Origin: Clostridia bacterium
GTDB taxonomy: Bacteria; Bacillota; Clostridia; TANB77; CAG-508
Length of the DNA stretch: 64,000 bases
Assembly (NCBI GenBank): GCA_036307105.1
Contig: JAXJYD010000026.1
Span: forward strand, 2-64,001
Reading direction: 5' to 3'
The position numbers and the translations under genes are program-made. Below, piece by piece: positions 9,597-18,881 of this stretch. The first letter of the stretch is position 1, and every line of letters begins with the position of its first letter. Below the pieces are notes generated by a model, which was not told the origin of the DNA, did not search any database, and saw nothing but the letters and a program-made list of their open reading frames with translations.

Positions 9597-9735
9597 CAGA
9601 AGATTTTGATATTCAGAACAAATAAAATCTTCTTGCTTGTTAACAAGATTTTGGTATTGTTAACAAGTATTAGAACAAAAAAATTATAATTTATCAAGAA
9701 GTTCACAAAATTTTTATATTTAGAACAAAAATATA
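9597..9735 (+). repeat. Modular intergenic hairpin repeat
   Basis: AGAAGATTTT..AAAATCTTCT stem, CTTGTTAACAAG palindrome and CAAGATTTTGGTATTGTTAACAAG module. Homologous to 39007-39138 and 11661-11737. Confidence 0.65.
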
Positions 9736-9856
9736 CAATAGATTGAAATTAGGAAGATTAAAATTCTTTCTAATTTTTTTGTATTTATCTTTACAAAATT
9801 AATATAATATGATAAATTAGTTAATAGTATTAAGTAATAATTAAGGAGTGATTGCT

Positions 9857-10519
9857 ATGGATTTTAAAGAAGCTATGCAAAAAAGACACATGGTTCGTAA
9901 ATATACAGATAAACCTTTATCCGATGCGATTATTGCAAAAATAAATGAAAGAATTGAACTGAATAATAAAACTTATAATCTTAATATGAAACTTATGATT
10001 AATAATAGCAAAGGTGTAAGTAGTATTATGAAGTTAATAATGGCTAAAGGTGTAAATAACTTTATAATTCTTGCAGGAGATGTAAGTGGAAATTTAGATG
10101 AAAGATTAGGATATTCTGGAGCAGATATAATGTTATATGCTCAAACATTAGGATTAAATACTTGGTGGGTTGGTGGAACATTTAATAGGTCTGTAAGTAG
10201 TTATGTAGATAATAAAAAGGTAATTGGAATAATTGCTATTGGATATGGTCAAACACAAGGCGTTCCACATAAGTCAAAAAATGTAGAAGATGTTTCTAAA
10301 TATGAAGGTACTATTATTCCATCTTGGTTTATTAGTGGTGTGGATGGAGCTTTACTTGCTCCAACAGCATTAAACAAACAAGACTTTATGCTCATAGGAA
10401 ATGGGAATAGAGTAAAGATAGAATGTAGTAATGGTATATTTACAGGCAGTAATGTTGGTTTAATAAAATATCATTTTGAACTAGGTGCAGGAAAAGGAAA
10501 TTTCGAATGGGAGAATTAA
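9857..10519 (+). CDS. Nitroreductase-family protein
   Basis: MDFKEAMQKRHMVRKYTDKPL start typical of nitroreductases. AAGGAG RBS 8 nt upstream of ATG 9857. Confidence 0.7.
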   Translation: MDFKEAMQKRHMVRKYTDKPLSDAIIAKINERIELNNKTYNLNMKLMINNSKGVSSIMKLIMAKGVNNFIILAGDVSGNLDERLGYSGADIMLYAQTLGLNTWWVGGTFNRSVSSYVDNKKVIGIIAIGYGQTQGVPHKSKNVEDVSKYEGTIIPSWFISGVDGALLAPTALNKQDFMLIGNGNRVKIECSNGIFTGSNVGLIKYHFELGAGKGNFEWEN

Positions 10520-10521
10520 AA

Positions 10522-10944
10522 ATGAACTATAATGAAAAGGCAGAAGAAATATTTAATAGTTTAACTAATAGAAAAAAATTTGTAGATAAAATGCCATCTA
10601 ATATCTCACAAGGAGAATCGGGAGTTTTATTATATTTGCTTAATAACGATAGTGTAAGTCAAAGTGAGTTAAGTGAGAAATTAAATATAACAATGCCTAG
10701 AGTAGCTGCAATAATAAATACATTACAAGATAAAATGTTAGTAATTAAGAAAACAGATCCTAATGATAAAAGAAAGACTATTATTACAATTACAGAAAAA
10801 GGAAAAAAAGACATCCTCCAAAAAAGAAAAAATGCAATTATATTTATAGAAAGTATTATAAAAGAATTAACTGATGAAGAAATAATGCAATATATTTCTA
10901 TCAATAAAAAGATAGAGGAAATTTCAAATAACTTGAAAGGCTGA
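10522..10944 (+). CDS. MarR-family transcriptional regulator
   Basis: Winged HTH (SQSELSEKLNITMPRVAAIINTLQDKMLVIKKTDPNDKRKTIITITEKG). GGGAGA RBS before ATG 10522. Confidence 0.8.
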   Translation: MNYNEKAEEIFNSLTNRKKFVDKMPSNISQGESGVLLYLLNNDSVSQSELSEKLNITMPRVAAIINTLQDKMLVIKKTDPNDKRKTIITITEKGKKDILQKRKNAIIFIESIIKELTDEEIMQYISINKKIEEISNNLKG

Positions 10945-10949
10945 TACTA

Positions 10950-11648
10950 TTGAATAGTCAAATTGAAGAATTAAAAAGTTTTATTAATAATAGTAATTAT
11001 ACAATTGTTATAACAGGAGCAGGTGTATCAGTATCTTCTGGAATAGGAGATGTTGAACATTGGCATTTACCAACAGTTCTACAAATGAGTTCAGAAATAA
11101 TATTAAAAACTATGCCTAAAAGGTATTATAAAGCAGCTTGGAAGTCATTTTTAGAGCCTATATTTAATAATGGTGCAACTGTAACACATAGGAAACTTGC
11201 AGAATTAGAAAATGAAGGCAAAATACAAGGAATAATAACAACTAATATAGATCATTTACATTCTATTGCAGGGTCAAAAAATGTTGCTGAAATACAGGGA
11301 AGTTTTGCAGTTAATAAATGTTTAAAATGTGGTAAACAGTATAATGATATAAATATATGGAATAAAGGAAAAACACCAAGATGCGAGTGTGGAGGAGTAA
11401 TTGGGGCTTTTCCAATATATGCTCATGTCGGACAATTAAGAACAGAGGCAGAAAAAGCAAGAAGATGGGTAGAACTTGCAGAACTGATTATCATAATTGG
11501 AGCAAATGGTTCATATTATTGGTCTTATGGGAATCATATAAATAAAAATGCTAAAATAGTTCAAATAAATCCTAAAAAGACGTATTTTGATAGTAAATCA
11601 ATATTAAATATAAGAAAAAAATCAGATGAAATATTTAGGTTATTGTAA
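10950..11648 (+). CDS. Sir2-family NAD-dependent protein deacylase
   Basis: GAGVSVSSGI, TTNIDHLH and a Zn ribbon CLKCG...CECGG. TTG start. Confidence 0.8.
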   Translation: MNSQIEELKSFINNSNYTIVITGAGVSVSSGIGDVEHWHLPTVLQMSSEIILKTMPKRYYKAAWKSFLEPIFNNGATVTHRKLAELENEGKIQGIITTNIDHLHSIAGSKNVAEIQGSFAVNKCLKCGKQYNDINIWNKGKTPRCECGGVIGAFPIYAHVGQLRTEAEKARRWVELAELIIIIGANGSYYWSYGNHINKNAKIVQINPKKTYFDSKSILNIRKKSDEIFRLL

Positions 11649-11660
11649 AAATAAATTTGT

Positions 11661-11737
11661 TCAGAAGATTTTGATATTTAGAACAAAAATTACAAGTTGT
11701 TGAGATGTTCGCAATATTTTGGTATTGTATACAAGTT
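11661..11737 (+). repeat. Modular intergenic hairpin repeat
   Basis: Contains the CAGAAGATTTTGATATTTAGAACAA, AATTACAAGTTGTTGAGATGT and GTTCGCAATATTTTGGTATTGT modules shared with the other copies. Confidence 0.6.
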
Positions 11738-11750
11738 AAAAACATAATAA

Positions 11751-11787
11751 AGTAGAGAAAACAAAAATCTCTACTTTTATTTTTTTG
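11751..11787 (+). terminator. Intrinsic terminator after the Sir2-family gene
   Basis: Stem AGTAGAGA (11751-11758) / TCTCTACT (11768-11775) followed by a T-rich run. Confidence 0.7.
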
Positions 11788-11806
11788 ACAAAATCATCAT
11801 AATTAG

Positions 11807-11835
11807 TTGACAGAATAAAAAAATGATGATATAAA
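11807..11835 (+). promoter_or_regulatory. sigmaA-type promoter of the non-coding unit
   Basis: TTGACA 11807-11812, 17-nt spacer, TG-extended TATAAA 11830-11835. Confidence 0.55.
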
Positions 11836-11841
11836 ATAGGT

Positions 11842-12384
11842 GTATTCGATAAAGGATACAACTGAAAAATTAAATAGTAGATATTTCCCTGTTGTAGGTT
11901 GAGCCGCAGAATTACATTATATTTGAGGTGGTTGAACGCAAAAAAGTACATCGCAAGATAATACTTTCCCTACTGATCGGAAGCCAGTTCGTTTCAAGGA
12001 GCCCATAGTCTCGTAGGCTCAGTGTTGGTTTTATCATAGGATATGTAATTTATCTCCAACCAATGTAAAGAAGTAATATTGATGTCGTAAGCGCTAACAG
12101 ATATCTTATTTAATTTGCAGGTACAATATTTTATATGTCTAAAAGTGTAAAAACTATTAGGCTTATTAAAGATTTGCTTTTAGCAAGTAAATTGTACCTT
12201 GTGGATAAGTAAGAAATCTGATATCTCTTTTAGAAAAATTTTAATGCAAGTTAGCAAAGAAGTTTTTCAGTAAGAGTAAGCGAAACATCATATCAATTAT
12301 GGCTCTAAAAGGGAAAATAATAAATATAGCCAAATAATAGTGATATAAATAAAAGGTTTCGTTTATGATAACGAAGCCTTTTTT
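11842..12384 (+). ncRNA. Candidate large (~540 nt) non-coding RNA / long structured leader, family unknown
   Basis: Bounded by the promoter at 11807 and a terminator (GGTTTCGTT 12355-12363 / AACGAAGCC 12370-12378 plus T6). No ORF of 60 aa or more on +. Islands are GC-richer than their surroundings. Long-range stem AGGTACAAT 12119-12127 / ATTGTACCT 12191-12199 plus local hairpins. Confidence 0.35.
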
Positions 12385-12422
12385 GTGCTTACAAATGCAT
12401 ACTTGCTAGAAAGGAGGAACAC

Positions 12423-13481
12423 TTGGAAGACTTAAAAATAGTAAATGCAGATAATCTATTATATACATCTTTAGATGAAGTAGAATTTATAATAGAAGAT
12501 ATTTTACCAATAGGACTTCATATATTTTGTGGAGCTCCTAAAGTAGGAAAAAGCTGGTTAATGTTAGATATTTGTATAAGAGTTTCAAAGGGCGAAGAAA
12601 TATGGAACTTAAAAACAAATAAATGTGATGTTTTATATCTTGCTTTAGAAGACACTTATCAAAGACTTCAAAAGAGATTGTTTAAGTTAACTGATGATAT
12701 AGGCTCTAATTTTCATATATCAATAGAGTCAAACAAAATTGCTAATGGTTTAATATCTCAATTGGAACAGACATTACAAAAATATCCTAATACAAAATTA
12801 ATAGTTATTGATACTCTTCAGAAGGTAAGAAAGCAAAATAACGATATAAATTATTCTAATGATTATACAGATATATCTTTATTAAAACAATTCGCAGACA
12901 AAAATAAGATAGCTGTAATATTAGTACACCATCTAAGGAAACAAGATGATAGTGATGTATTTAATAGAATTTCTGGAACAACAGGAATAATGGGAAGTAG
13001 TGATACAACATTTATACTAGAAAAGAAATCTAGAGATGATTCAGTAGCAACATTATTTGTTACAGGTAGAGATGTTGAATATCAAACTTTCACATTAAGA
13101 TTTGAAGAATGCAGATGGAACTTACTAGAAAGATCATTTCAAAAGGATATTGAAATGAAAAATGCTCCAGAGATTATCTATAATGTTATATCTTTTGTTA
13201 ACGAAAAAGGAGATTGGCAAGGCACAGCAACAGAACTTCTTACTTCTTTAGATGAAAAAGATATAACACCGCAATATCTTACAAAGTTATTAAACGAGTA
13301 TAGTAAAACAATTTTATTTGATAATAAAATTTGTTTTAAGACATCAAGGACAAGCACATCTCGTTTAGTAAATTTGAAAAAAGATATTGACGGCAATGAC
13401 GATGATGACGGTAAAACTATACCACATGAATCGTCATTGAAAGGAAGTCCAGAGGGAACATCTGGCACACAACTTTTGTAA
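12423..13481 (+). CDS. AAA-family ATPase (RepA/AAA_25-like, RecA fold)
   Basis: Walker A GAPKVGKSW and Walker B-like LIVIDTLQKV. TTG start with an AGGAGG RBS. Confidence 0.7.
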   Translation: MEDLKIVNADNLLYTSLDEVEFIIEDILPIGLHIFCGAPKVGKSWLMLDICIRVSKGEEIWNLKTNKCDVLYLALEDTYQRLQKRLFKLTDDIGSNFHISIESNKIANGLISQLEQTLQKYPNTKLIVIDTLQKVRKQNNDINYSNDYTDISLLKQFADKNKIAVILVHHLRKQDDSDVFNRISGTTGIMGSSDTTFILEKKSRDDSVATLFVTGRDVEYQTFTLRFEECRWNLLERSFQKDIEMKNAPEIIYNVISFVNEKGDWQGTATELLTSLDEKDITPQYLTKLLNEYSKTILFDNKICFKTSRTSTSRLVNLKKDIDGNDDDDGKTIPHESSLKGSPEGTSGTQLL

Positions 13482-13568
13482 AAAGTGTAGTGTGTTACAC
13501 TCATAAATGCGATTTTGAAAAATTATGTGGCTGATTATATCGTTACTTAAATTTTTCAAAAAGAGAAT

Positions 13569-13689
13569 GTTAAATATTATTTGCCTTTGGCAAGATAATA
13601 TTTAACAGGCGAAGAAGCATATGAGTGTTCTCACATTTTGATGAAGCAGTCCTATAGGATTTTAGCGTCATTATCGTCATCAAAATGTG
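13569..13689 (+). promoter_or_regulatory. oriT-like inverted repeats upstream of the relaxase gene
   Basis: Near-perfect IR GTTAAATATTATTTGCC / TGGCAAGATAATATTTAAC (13569-13606) and perfect 13-bp IR CACATTTTGATGA (13632-13644) / TCATCAAAATGTG (13677-13689). Confidence 0.45.
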
Positions 13690-13724
13690 GGCTACGAAGA
13701 TAAAACAAGGAAGGAGAAAATAGA

Positions 13725-14705
13725 ATGGCATACACAATATTGCGATTTAAGAAAGACAAAGGTGGTGCCATAGCTGGATGTGAAAGACACAATGAAAGAA
13801 AAAAAGAAGCATATAAAAGTAATCCAGATATAGATATGAATAAATCCAAAGAAAATTATCATATCATACAGGCACCACAATACACATATTCAAGAAAAAT
13901 AAAAGATTTAATAAAAGAATATGGTTGTAAAACAAGAAAAGATAGTGTCAAGTTAGTTGAAACACTTATAACAGCTTCTCCTGAATTTATGAATAAATTA
14001 AGCAAAGGAGAACAAAGAGAATATTTTGAAAGAGCAGTTAAATTTATGAAAGAAGAAATTGGCGAAGATAGAATAATATCAGCTGTAGTACACATGGATG
14101 AGGCAACACCTCATATGCATTTAGTATTTTGCCCTATAAATAAAGACGGAAAGCTATCAGCTAAAAGTATTCTTGGTAATCAAAAAAGCCTTTCAGAATG
14201 GCAAACAAGATACTATAATTATATGCACGAAAGATGGAATGAACTTGAAAGAGGAAAATCAGCTCAAGAAACAAAAAGAAAGCATATTCCAACTTGGTTG
14301 TTTAAGTTAGCTGATAATTTAGATAACTTATATAATCAGCTATTAAAGACAATAGAGAATATCAATATGATAGGAATGAAAAAGAATAAGGAAGAAGCTA
14401 TAACTTTACTTTCAGAATTTGTTCCAAAGGCACAAAAGTTTTCGGTAAAGGTAAATTCATATAACGATTATATAAATGAACTTGAAGAAAGAGTTTATAT
14501 TCAAAAAGAGGATAATAAAGAACTTGCTGAAGAAAATTATGACCTAAAAGAGCAAATAAGAAACAAAGATGTAGAAGTTAGCGAAAGAGTTAGATTAATG
14601 CAAAATCAAGTTCAAAAATATGAACGACTTATAAAGAAAGTTCCAGAGGATATTATTGAGAAAATCCAAAAGGAAGAACGAAATAGAAAAAATAGAGAAA
14701 GATAG
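13725..14705 (+). CDS. MobV-family (Mob_Pre) relaxase/mobilization protein
   Basis: MAYTILRFKK...ERHNERK N-terminus and the HMDEATPHMHLVFCPI (HxDExxPHxH) motif. Coiled-coil C-terminus. Confidence 0.9.
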   Translation: MAYTILRFKKDKGGAIAGCERHNERKKEAYKSNPDIDMNKSKENYHIIQAPQYTYSRKIKDLIKEYGCKTRKDSVKLVETLITASPEFMNKLSKGEQREYFERAVKFMKEEIGEDRIISAVVHMDEATPHMHLVFCPINKDGKLSAKSILGNQKSLSEWQTRYYNYMHERWNELERGKSAQETKRKHIPTWLFKLADNLDNLYNQLLKTIENINMIGMKKNKEEAITLLSEFVPKAQKFSVKVNSYNDYINELEERVYIQKEDNKELAEENYDLKEQIRNKDVEVSERVRLMQNQVQKYERLIKKVPEDIIEKIQKEERNRKNRER

Positions 14706-14717
14706 GAGGTTAATTAT

Positions 14718-14963
14718 ATGACACAAATAGTAAAAGAAGAAAAATTAGTATATACAGCTCAAGAAATAGCTAAAATATTACACTCAAGCCCAAATTATGT
14801 TTATGAATTAATACGAAAAGGAAAATTAAAGGCTTTTAAGTTAAAAAGCATACGAGTGCCAAAATCTGCTTTAGAAGACTTCCTGAAACAAAATGAGGGG
14901 AACGATCTATCTGATATAGATAATGTAAAAAGATTATCTGAATATGAAGATGGAGAAAGATAA
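14718..14963 (+). CDS. Excisionase-type HTH DNA-binding protein
   Basis: 81 aa with YTAQEIAKILHSSPNYVYELIRKGKLKAFKL...VPKSALEDFL. Directly upstream of the integrase. Confidence 0.75.
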   Translation: MTQIVKEEKLVYTAQEIAKILHSSPNYVYELIRKGKLKAFKLKSIRVPKSALEDFLKQNEGNDLSDIDNVKRLSEYEDGER

Positions 14964-14968
14964 AGTCT

Positions 14969-16246
14969 ATGGGAAATGTCACTATTCAAAGACGAGGTAA
15001 ATATTATCAATATAAATTTGAAGTGGCTAAAGTAGATGGAAAAAGAAAATTTGTAAATAAATCTGGGTTTGAAACAAAAGAAGAAGCAATAAAAGCTGGA
15101 AATCTAGCTTATGCAGAATATTTAAATACAGGATTAAACTTTAAGGAATCGACAATTTCTTTTAGTGATTATCTAGATTATTGGTATGAAAATTATTGTG
15201 AAACTACTCTAAAATACAATACAAGACGAACTTATAAAACTATAATGGATAAATATTTGAAAACAGAACTTGGGAAGTATAGATTAAGTACTTTATCAAG
15301 TGTTAAGTTAAATTCTTTTATAGTAGAACTTTGCAATAAATACAATTATAAGAAATCATATTTTAATAATATTTTGAAGGTATTAAAAACAAGTTTTAGG
15401 TTAGCAACAGATGTATTTGGATTTATAAGATATAATCCAGCAGTAACATTAAGACTGCCTAAAATAGAAGATGAAGTAGAATTTGAGAAACATCTTTATA
15501 ATCAAAATGAAATAAACACGATTTTAGAACGATTTAAAGATGATGATGTATTTACTTGTGCTTTTATTACAGCTTGTTATACAGGAATGAGAACAGGAGA
15601 AGTTTGTAGCTTAACTTGGGATGACATCGATTTTGAAAACAGAATTATAAATGTTGAGCATACTGTATATGATAAGCCCAATGATGGAAAAGGTAGATGG
15701 TATATGGGAACAACTAAAACTAAAAATGGAACAAGACAAATATATATGAGTCCAACTTTATATCAAGCCTTAAAGAATTTTAAGAAGAAACAACAATATC
15801 TAAAGAAAATGTATGGCTCTAATTATATAACTTATTATTTTGAAGATATAATTGGAAAAAATGGAAGGTTAATAGAAAAAAGAATTGTTGAAAATACAGG
15901 AAATATTCTTCATATGAATAACGCAAATTTAGTATTTACAAGACCTAATGGAAAATATGTGGGAAGAAATATATTAAACTATCCATTTAAGATAATTCAT
16001 AAGGAATTAGGTATTGAGGATTGCAGGTTTTATGATTTAAGAGGAAGTTATGCAACAACTAATTTGAGGAATGGAGTTGAGATTAGAGATGTTGCAGATA
16101 TTCTGGGACACAAATATATTGAGACAACTGAAAACTTTTATATATCAAGTACAGAACAAAATAAGAAAGAGGTTACAACAGCATTTGATAAGGTTATGAC
16201 TTCTGAATTAATAAATAATATTATAAAATATGAAATTGCATACTAA
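14969..16246 (+). CDS. Tyrosine integrase (Tn916-Int-like, N-terminal arm-binding domain)
   Basis: N-terminal IQRRGKYYQYKFEV...GFETKEEA fold. C-terminal R..H-x-x-R..Y elements (YTGMRTGE, HDLRGSYAT, LGHKYIETTENFY). Confidence 0.9.
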   Translation: MGNVTIQRRGKYYQYKFEVAKVDGKRKFVNKSGFETKEEAIKAGNLAYAEYLNTGLNFKESTISFSDYLDYWYENYCETTLKYNTRRTYKTIMDKYLKTELGKYRLSTLSSVKLNSFIVELCNKYNYKKSYFNNILKVLKTSFRLATDVFGFIRYNPAVTLRLPKIEDEVEFEKHLYNQNEINTILERFKDDDVFTCAFITACYTGMRTGEVCSLTWDDIDFENRIINVEHTVYDKPNDGKGRWYMGTTKTKNGTRQIYMSPTLYQALKNFKKKQQYLKKMYGSNYITYYFEDIIGKNGRLIEKRIVENTGNILHMNNANLVFTRPNGKYVGRNILNYPFKIIHKELGIEDCRFYDLRGSYATTNLRNGVEIRDVADILGHKYIETTENFYISSTEQNKKEVTTAFDKVMTSELINNIIKYEIAY

Positions 16247-16483
16247 AATGTAGAGGGCTAGTATATTTACTAGCTCTTTATATTTGCAAATTTTTTCATA
16301 AGACTTGCATATTTCTTTTAGTTAGTATATACTAAAAACATTATAACGAATGTAAACATTGTTTGCATTTTGTTTGCAAAAAATTGGAAAGCATAATATA
16401 AATAATACTAATAATACAATAAATACAAATGGCAAAAATACTTGATATTATTAGTATAAATAGATATGAATAGTATTGATAAT

Positions 16484-16770
16484 ATGCTTATTAAATCGCC
16501 ATGTGGAAGTGGAAAGAAATATAAGAACTGTTGCGGTAAAAATCAATAAGACCTGTAAAGCCCTTAAATTAAGGGCTTTTTATTATAACATTCACAAGAC
16601 TATTTTTTACATACGTTATTACATACGTTGCAAAGAGCGTATATAAAACGTATGTAAATTACTTTTTGAAATTTAAAAGTCAGTATTTTCAACGATTACA
16701 GAATATATGTACCACTGTCACTGTGGTATGGGTAAGTATTGAAAAAAATAATAAAAAATGATAAAATAAT
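16484..16770 (+). repeat. Repeat family S, copy 1 (SEC-C mini-ORF, terminator, TTACATACGTT iterons, outward promoter)
   Basis: Mini-ORF 16484-16549 (MLIKSPCGSGKKYKNCCGKNQ). Terminator 16558-16581. Iterons at 16607-16617 and 16619-16629, and inverted at 16647-16657. Promoter TTGAAA 16739 / TAAAAT 16762. Near-identical to 19618-19890. Confidence 0.75.
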
Positions 16771-16798
16771 TGAGTAATAGAAATAAAGGAGAAAAAGA

Positions 16799-17305
16799 AT
16801 GGAATTAGTTTATAAGAAGATTGAAGAAAAAGATAAAGAACAATTATTTAAATTAATAGAAACTGTATTAGGTGGGTTGCCTGATCCAAGTCATTTTATT
16901 CCTTATGAACAATGGGAGTTGGACAGTATGTTTGATGAGGTTAATTATGCACCTTTATATGGAGCATATGATGGAGATAAATTAGCTGGAATGGCACAGC
17001 TATATGTTTCACAAGATATGCTAGATGATTTTAAAAAAGAATTTGGATTAACAGAGTATAGAGTATGTGAATTAGGTGGTAATTTAGTATTACCAGAATA
17101 CAGAGGATTAGGAATAACTACAAAACTACAAAGTATGGAGATGGAATTAGCTAAAAAACTTGGATTTGATTATATTATTTCAATGGCCCATCCTGATAAT
17201 GTTGCTAGTTGTAAGACATTAGAAAAAGTTGGTTTAGATTTTGTAAAGGAAACAAAATTATCAAATGGATTTTTAAGAAGACTATATATGAAGAAATTAG
17301 TATAA
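16799..17305 (+). CDS. GNAT-family N-acetyltransferase
   Basis: VLPEYRGLGITTKL acetyl-CoA-binding motif; 168 aa. Confidence 0.8.
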   Translation: MELVYKKIEEKDKEQLFKLIETVLGGLPDPSHFIPYEQWELDSMFDEVNYAPLYGAYDGDKLAGMAQLYVSQDMLDDFKKEFGLTEYRVCELGGNLVLPEYRGLGITTKLQSMEMELAKKLGFDYIISMAHPDNVASCKTLEKVGLDFVKETKLSNGFLRRLYMKKLV

Positions 17306-17490
17306 TTTTACATACGTTTTTACATACGTTTTGGTAGTAAATTCGAGTGAAAAGTAGTGTAATGAAGTGCAAAAATGTGAAAATTAATGAGGTAAAATGC
17401 AGATTTGTGCAGTAGAATATACCCAGAATAAAAGCCATGTGGATCTAGGAAGAAATACAAAAATTGTTGCGGCAAAAATGCATAAATAGG
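17306..17490 (+). repeat. Repeat family S, copy 2 (left half)
   Basis: Tandem TTACATACGTT at 17308-17318 and 17320-17330 right after the stop codon, a ~100-nt conserved block, then a SEC-C tail (KPCGSRKKYKNCCGKNA*) lacking a start codon. Confidence 0.7.
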
Positions 17491-17740
17491 GCATCTGCAA
17501 TTTTGAATATAGTGAAAAATTGTAAAATGTCAACGGATTGAGAGACTTTACGAAAACTCGAAATATGCAAAAATTCTGCATTTAAATACAAATTAGATAC
17601 AAGTTGCAAAACTTGAAAAGTATTGATATATAAAGTAAAACTAATATTTTAAATATTTTTAAGAGAGCAGATATAGAAAATTTGCTCCTTTTGTTATATA
17701 ATAATTAATGATTTATATTATTCTTTTAGGAGGATTTGTT

Positions 17741-18880
17741 ATGATTTCTAAAATATATCTAGATAATAATGCTACTACAAAAGTAGATGAAGAAGTTTAT
17801 AATGTAATGTTACCACATTTAAAAGAAGAATATGGTAATCCAAGCAGTATATATTCTTTTGGTAAAGAGGTTAAAGAAGAAATAAATAAAGCAAGAAAAA
17901 ATGTAGCAGATTTATTGAATGCAAATCCTGAAAATATAATTTTTACAAGTTGTGGAAGCGAGAGTAATGTGACAGCTATCATGAGTTCAATAAAATTAAA
18001 TCAAAATAAAAAGCATATTATAACTACTAAAGTGGAACATGCTTCAATTATAGAAGCGATGAATTATTTAAAAGAGCAAGGATATAATATAACATATTTA
18101 AATGTGGATAATAATGGAAGATTAGATTTAAATGAATTAAAAGAATCAATAACTTCTGATACTTGTTTAATATCAGTAATGATGGCAAATAATGAAATTG
18201 GTAATATTTATCCAATTAAAGAAATAACAAAAATTGCCCATGAAAATAACATAATTGTACATTGTGATGCTGTACAAGCTGTTGGGAAAATAAATATAGA
18301 TGTTCAAGATTTAGATGTTGAGTTCTTATCGATTTCTGGTCATAAAATAAATGCTCCTAAAGGAATTGGTGTTTTATACATAAAAGATACTGAAAAATTT
18401 ACTCCTTTGATTTTTGGACATCAAGAGAAAAATAGAAGAGGCGGAACGGAAAATGTTCCATATATAATTGGATTAGGAAAAGCAGCAGAACTAATTATTA
18501 GTGACAATTTTAATAAAGAAAAAGAGATTGAAAAACTACGAAACTATATGGAAGATAAAATAAAAAATAACATTGATGATGTATTAATTTATGGAGATAT
18601 AAATAATAGAACTCCTAATACTTCAAGTATTGCTTTTAAAGGTGTAAAAGCTGATGAATTGATGTTGATATTAGAATCTTTTCGCATATTTGTATCAACA
18701 GGATCTGCTTGTAATTCAGAAATAGTATTACCATCACATGTATTGACAGCTTGTAATGCAGACCTAGATAATTATAGCCCAATTAGAATAAGCTTAGGTA
18801 AATATAATACTAAAGAAGAAATAGATAAATTTATAAAGAGATTAATAAATATAGTTAATATGATTAGGAGGAGAGGTTAG
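17741..18880 (+). CDS. nifS: Cysteine desulfurase NifS
   Basis: YLDNNATT, FTSCGSESN, SGHKINAPKGIG, GSACNS. AGGAGG RBS before ATG 17741. Confidence 0.88.
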   Translation: MISKIYLDNNATTKVDEEVYNVMLPHLKEEYGNPSSIYSFGKEVKEEINKARKNVADLLNANPENIIFTSCGSESNVTAIMSSIKLNQNKKHIITTKVEHASIIEAMNYLKEQGYNITYLNVDNNGRLDLNELKESITSDTCLISVMMANNEIGNIYPIKEITKIAHENNIIVHCDAVQAVGKINIDVQDLDVEFLSISGHKINAPKGIGVLYIKDTEKFTPLIFGHQEKNRRGGTENVPYIIGLGKAAELIISDNFNKEKEIEKLRNYMEDKIKNNIDDVLIYGDINNRTPNTSSIAFKGVKADELMLILESFRIFVSTGSACNSEIVLPSHVLTACNADLDNYSPIRISLGKYNTKEEIDKFIKRLINIVNMIRRRG

Positions 18881-18881
18881 T

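Larger units (their letters stand above)
12400..16260 (+). mobile_element. Integrative mobilizable element core (ATPase, oriT-like region, MobV relaxase, excisionase, tyrosine integrase); ends not defined
   Basis: Gene content and order are typical of small IMEs. The integrase is at the right end, next to iteron-bearing repeat family S. Confidence 0.7.

Noticed and set aside
11842-12384. tmRNA, RNase P RNA, 6S RNA or a T-box leader as the identity of the non-coding unit
   Set aside because: I found no GGGG...CCA-type tmRNA ends or tag ORF, no GAGGAAAGTCC-like P4 element, and no T-box GGTGGTACCGCG core. The unit remains unassigned.
16607-16657. TTACATACGTT/AACGTATGTAA (contains TATGTAAA, as in the XerD arm of Bacillus-type dif) as the real dif
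   Set aside because: The copies are tandem direct repeats, or inverted with a gap of about 17 nt rather than 6 nt. They occur at four places 18-23 kb from the strand switch and sit next to a Tn916-type integrase, so arm-type integrase sites are the better explanation.
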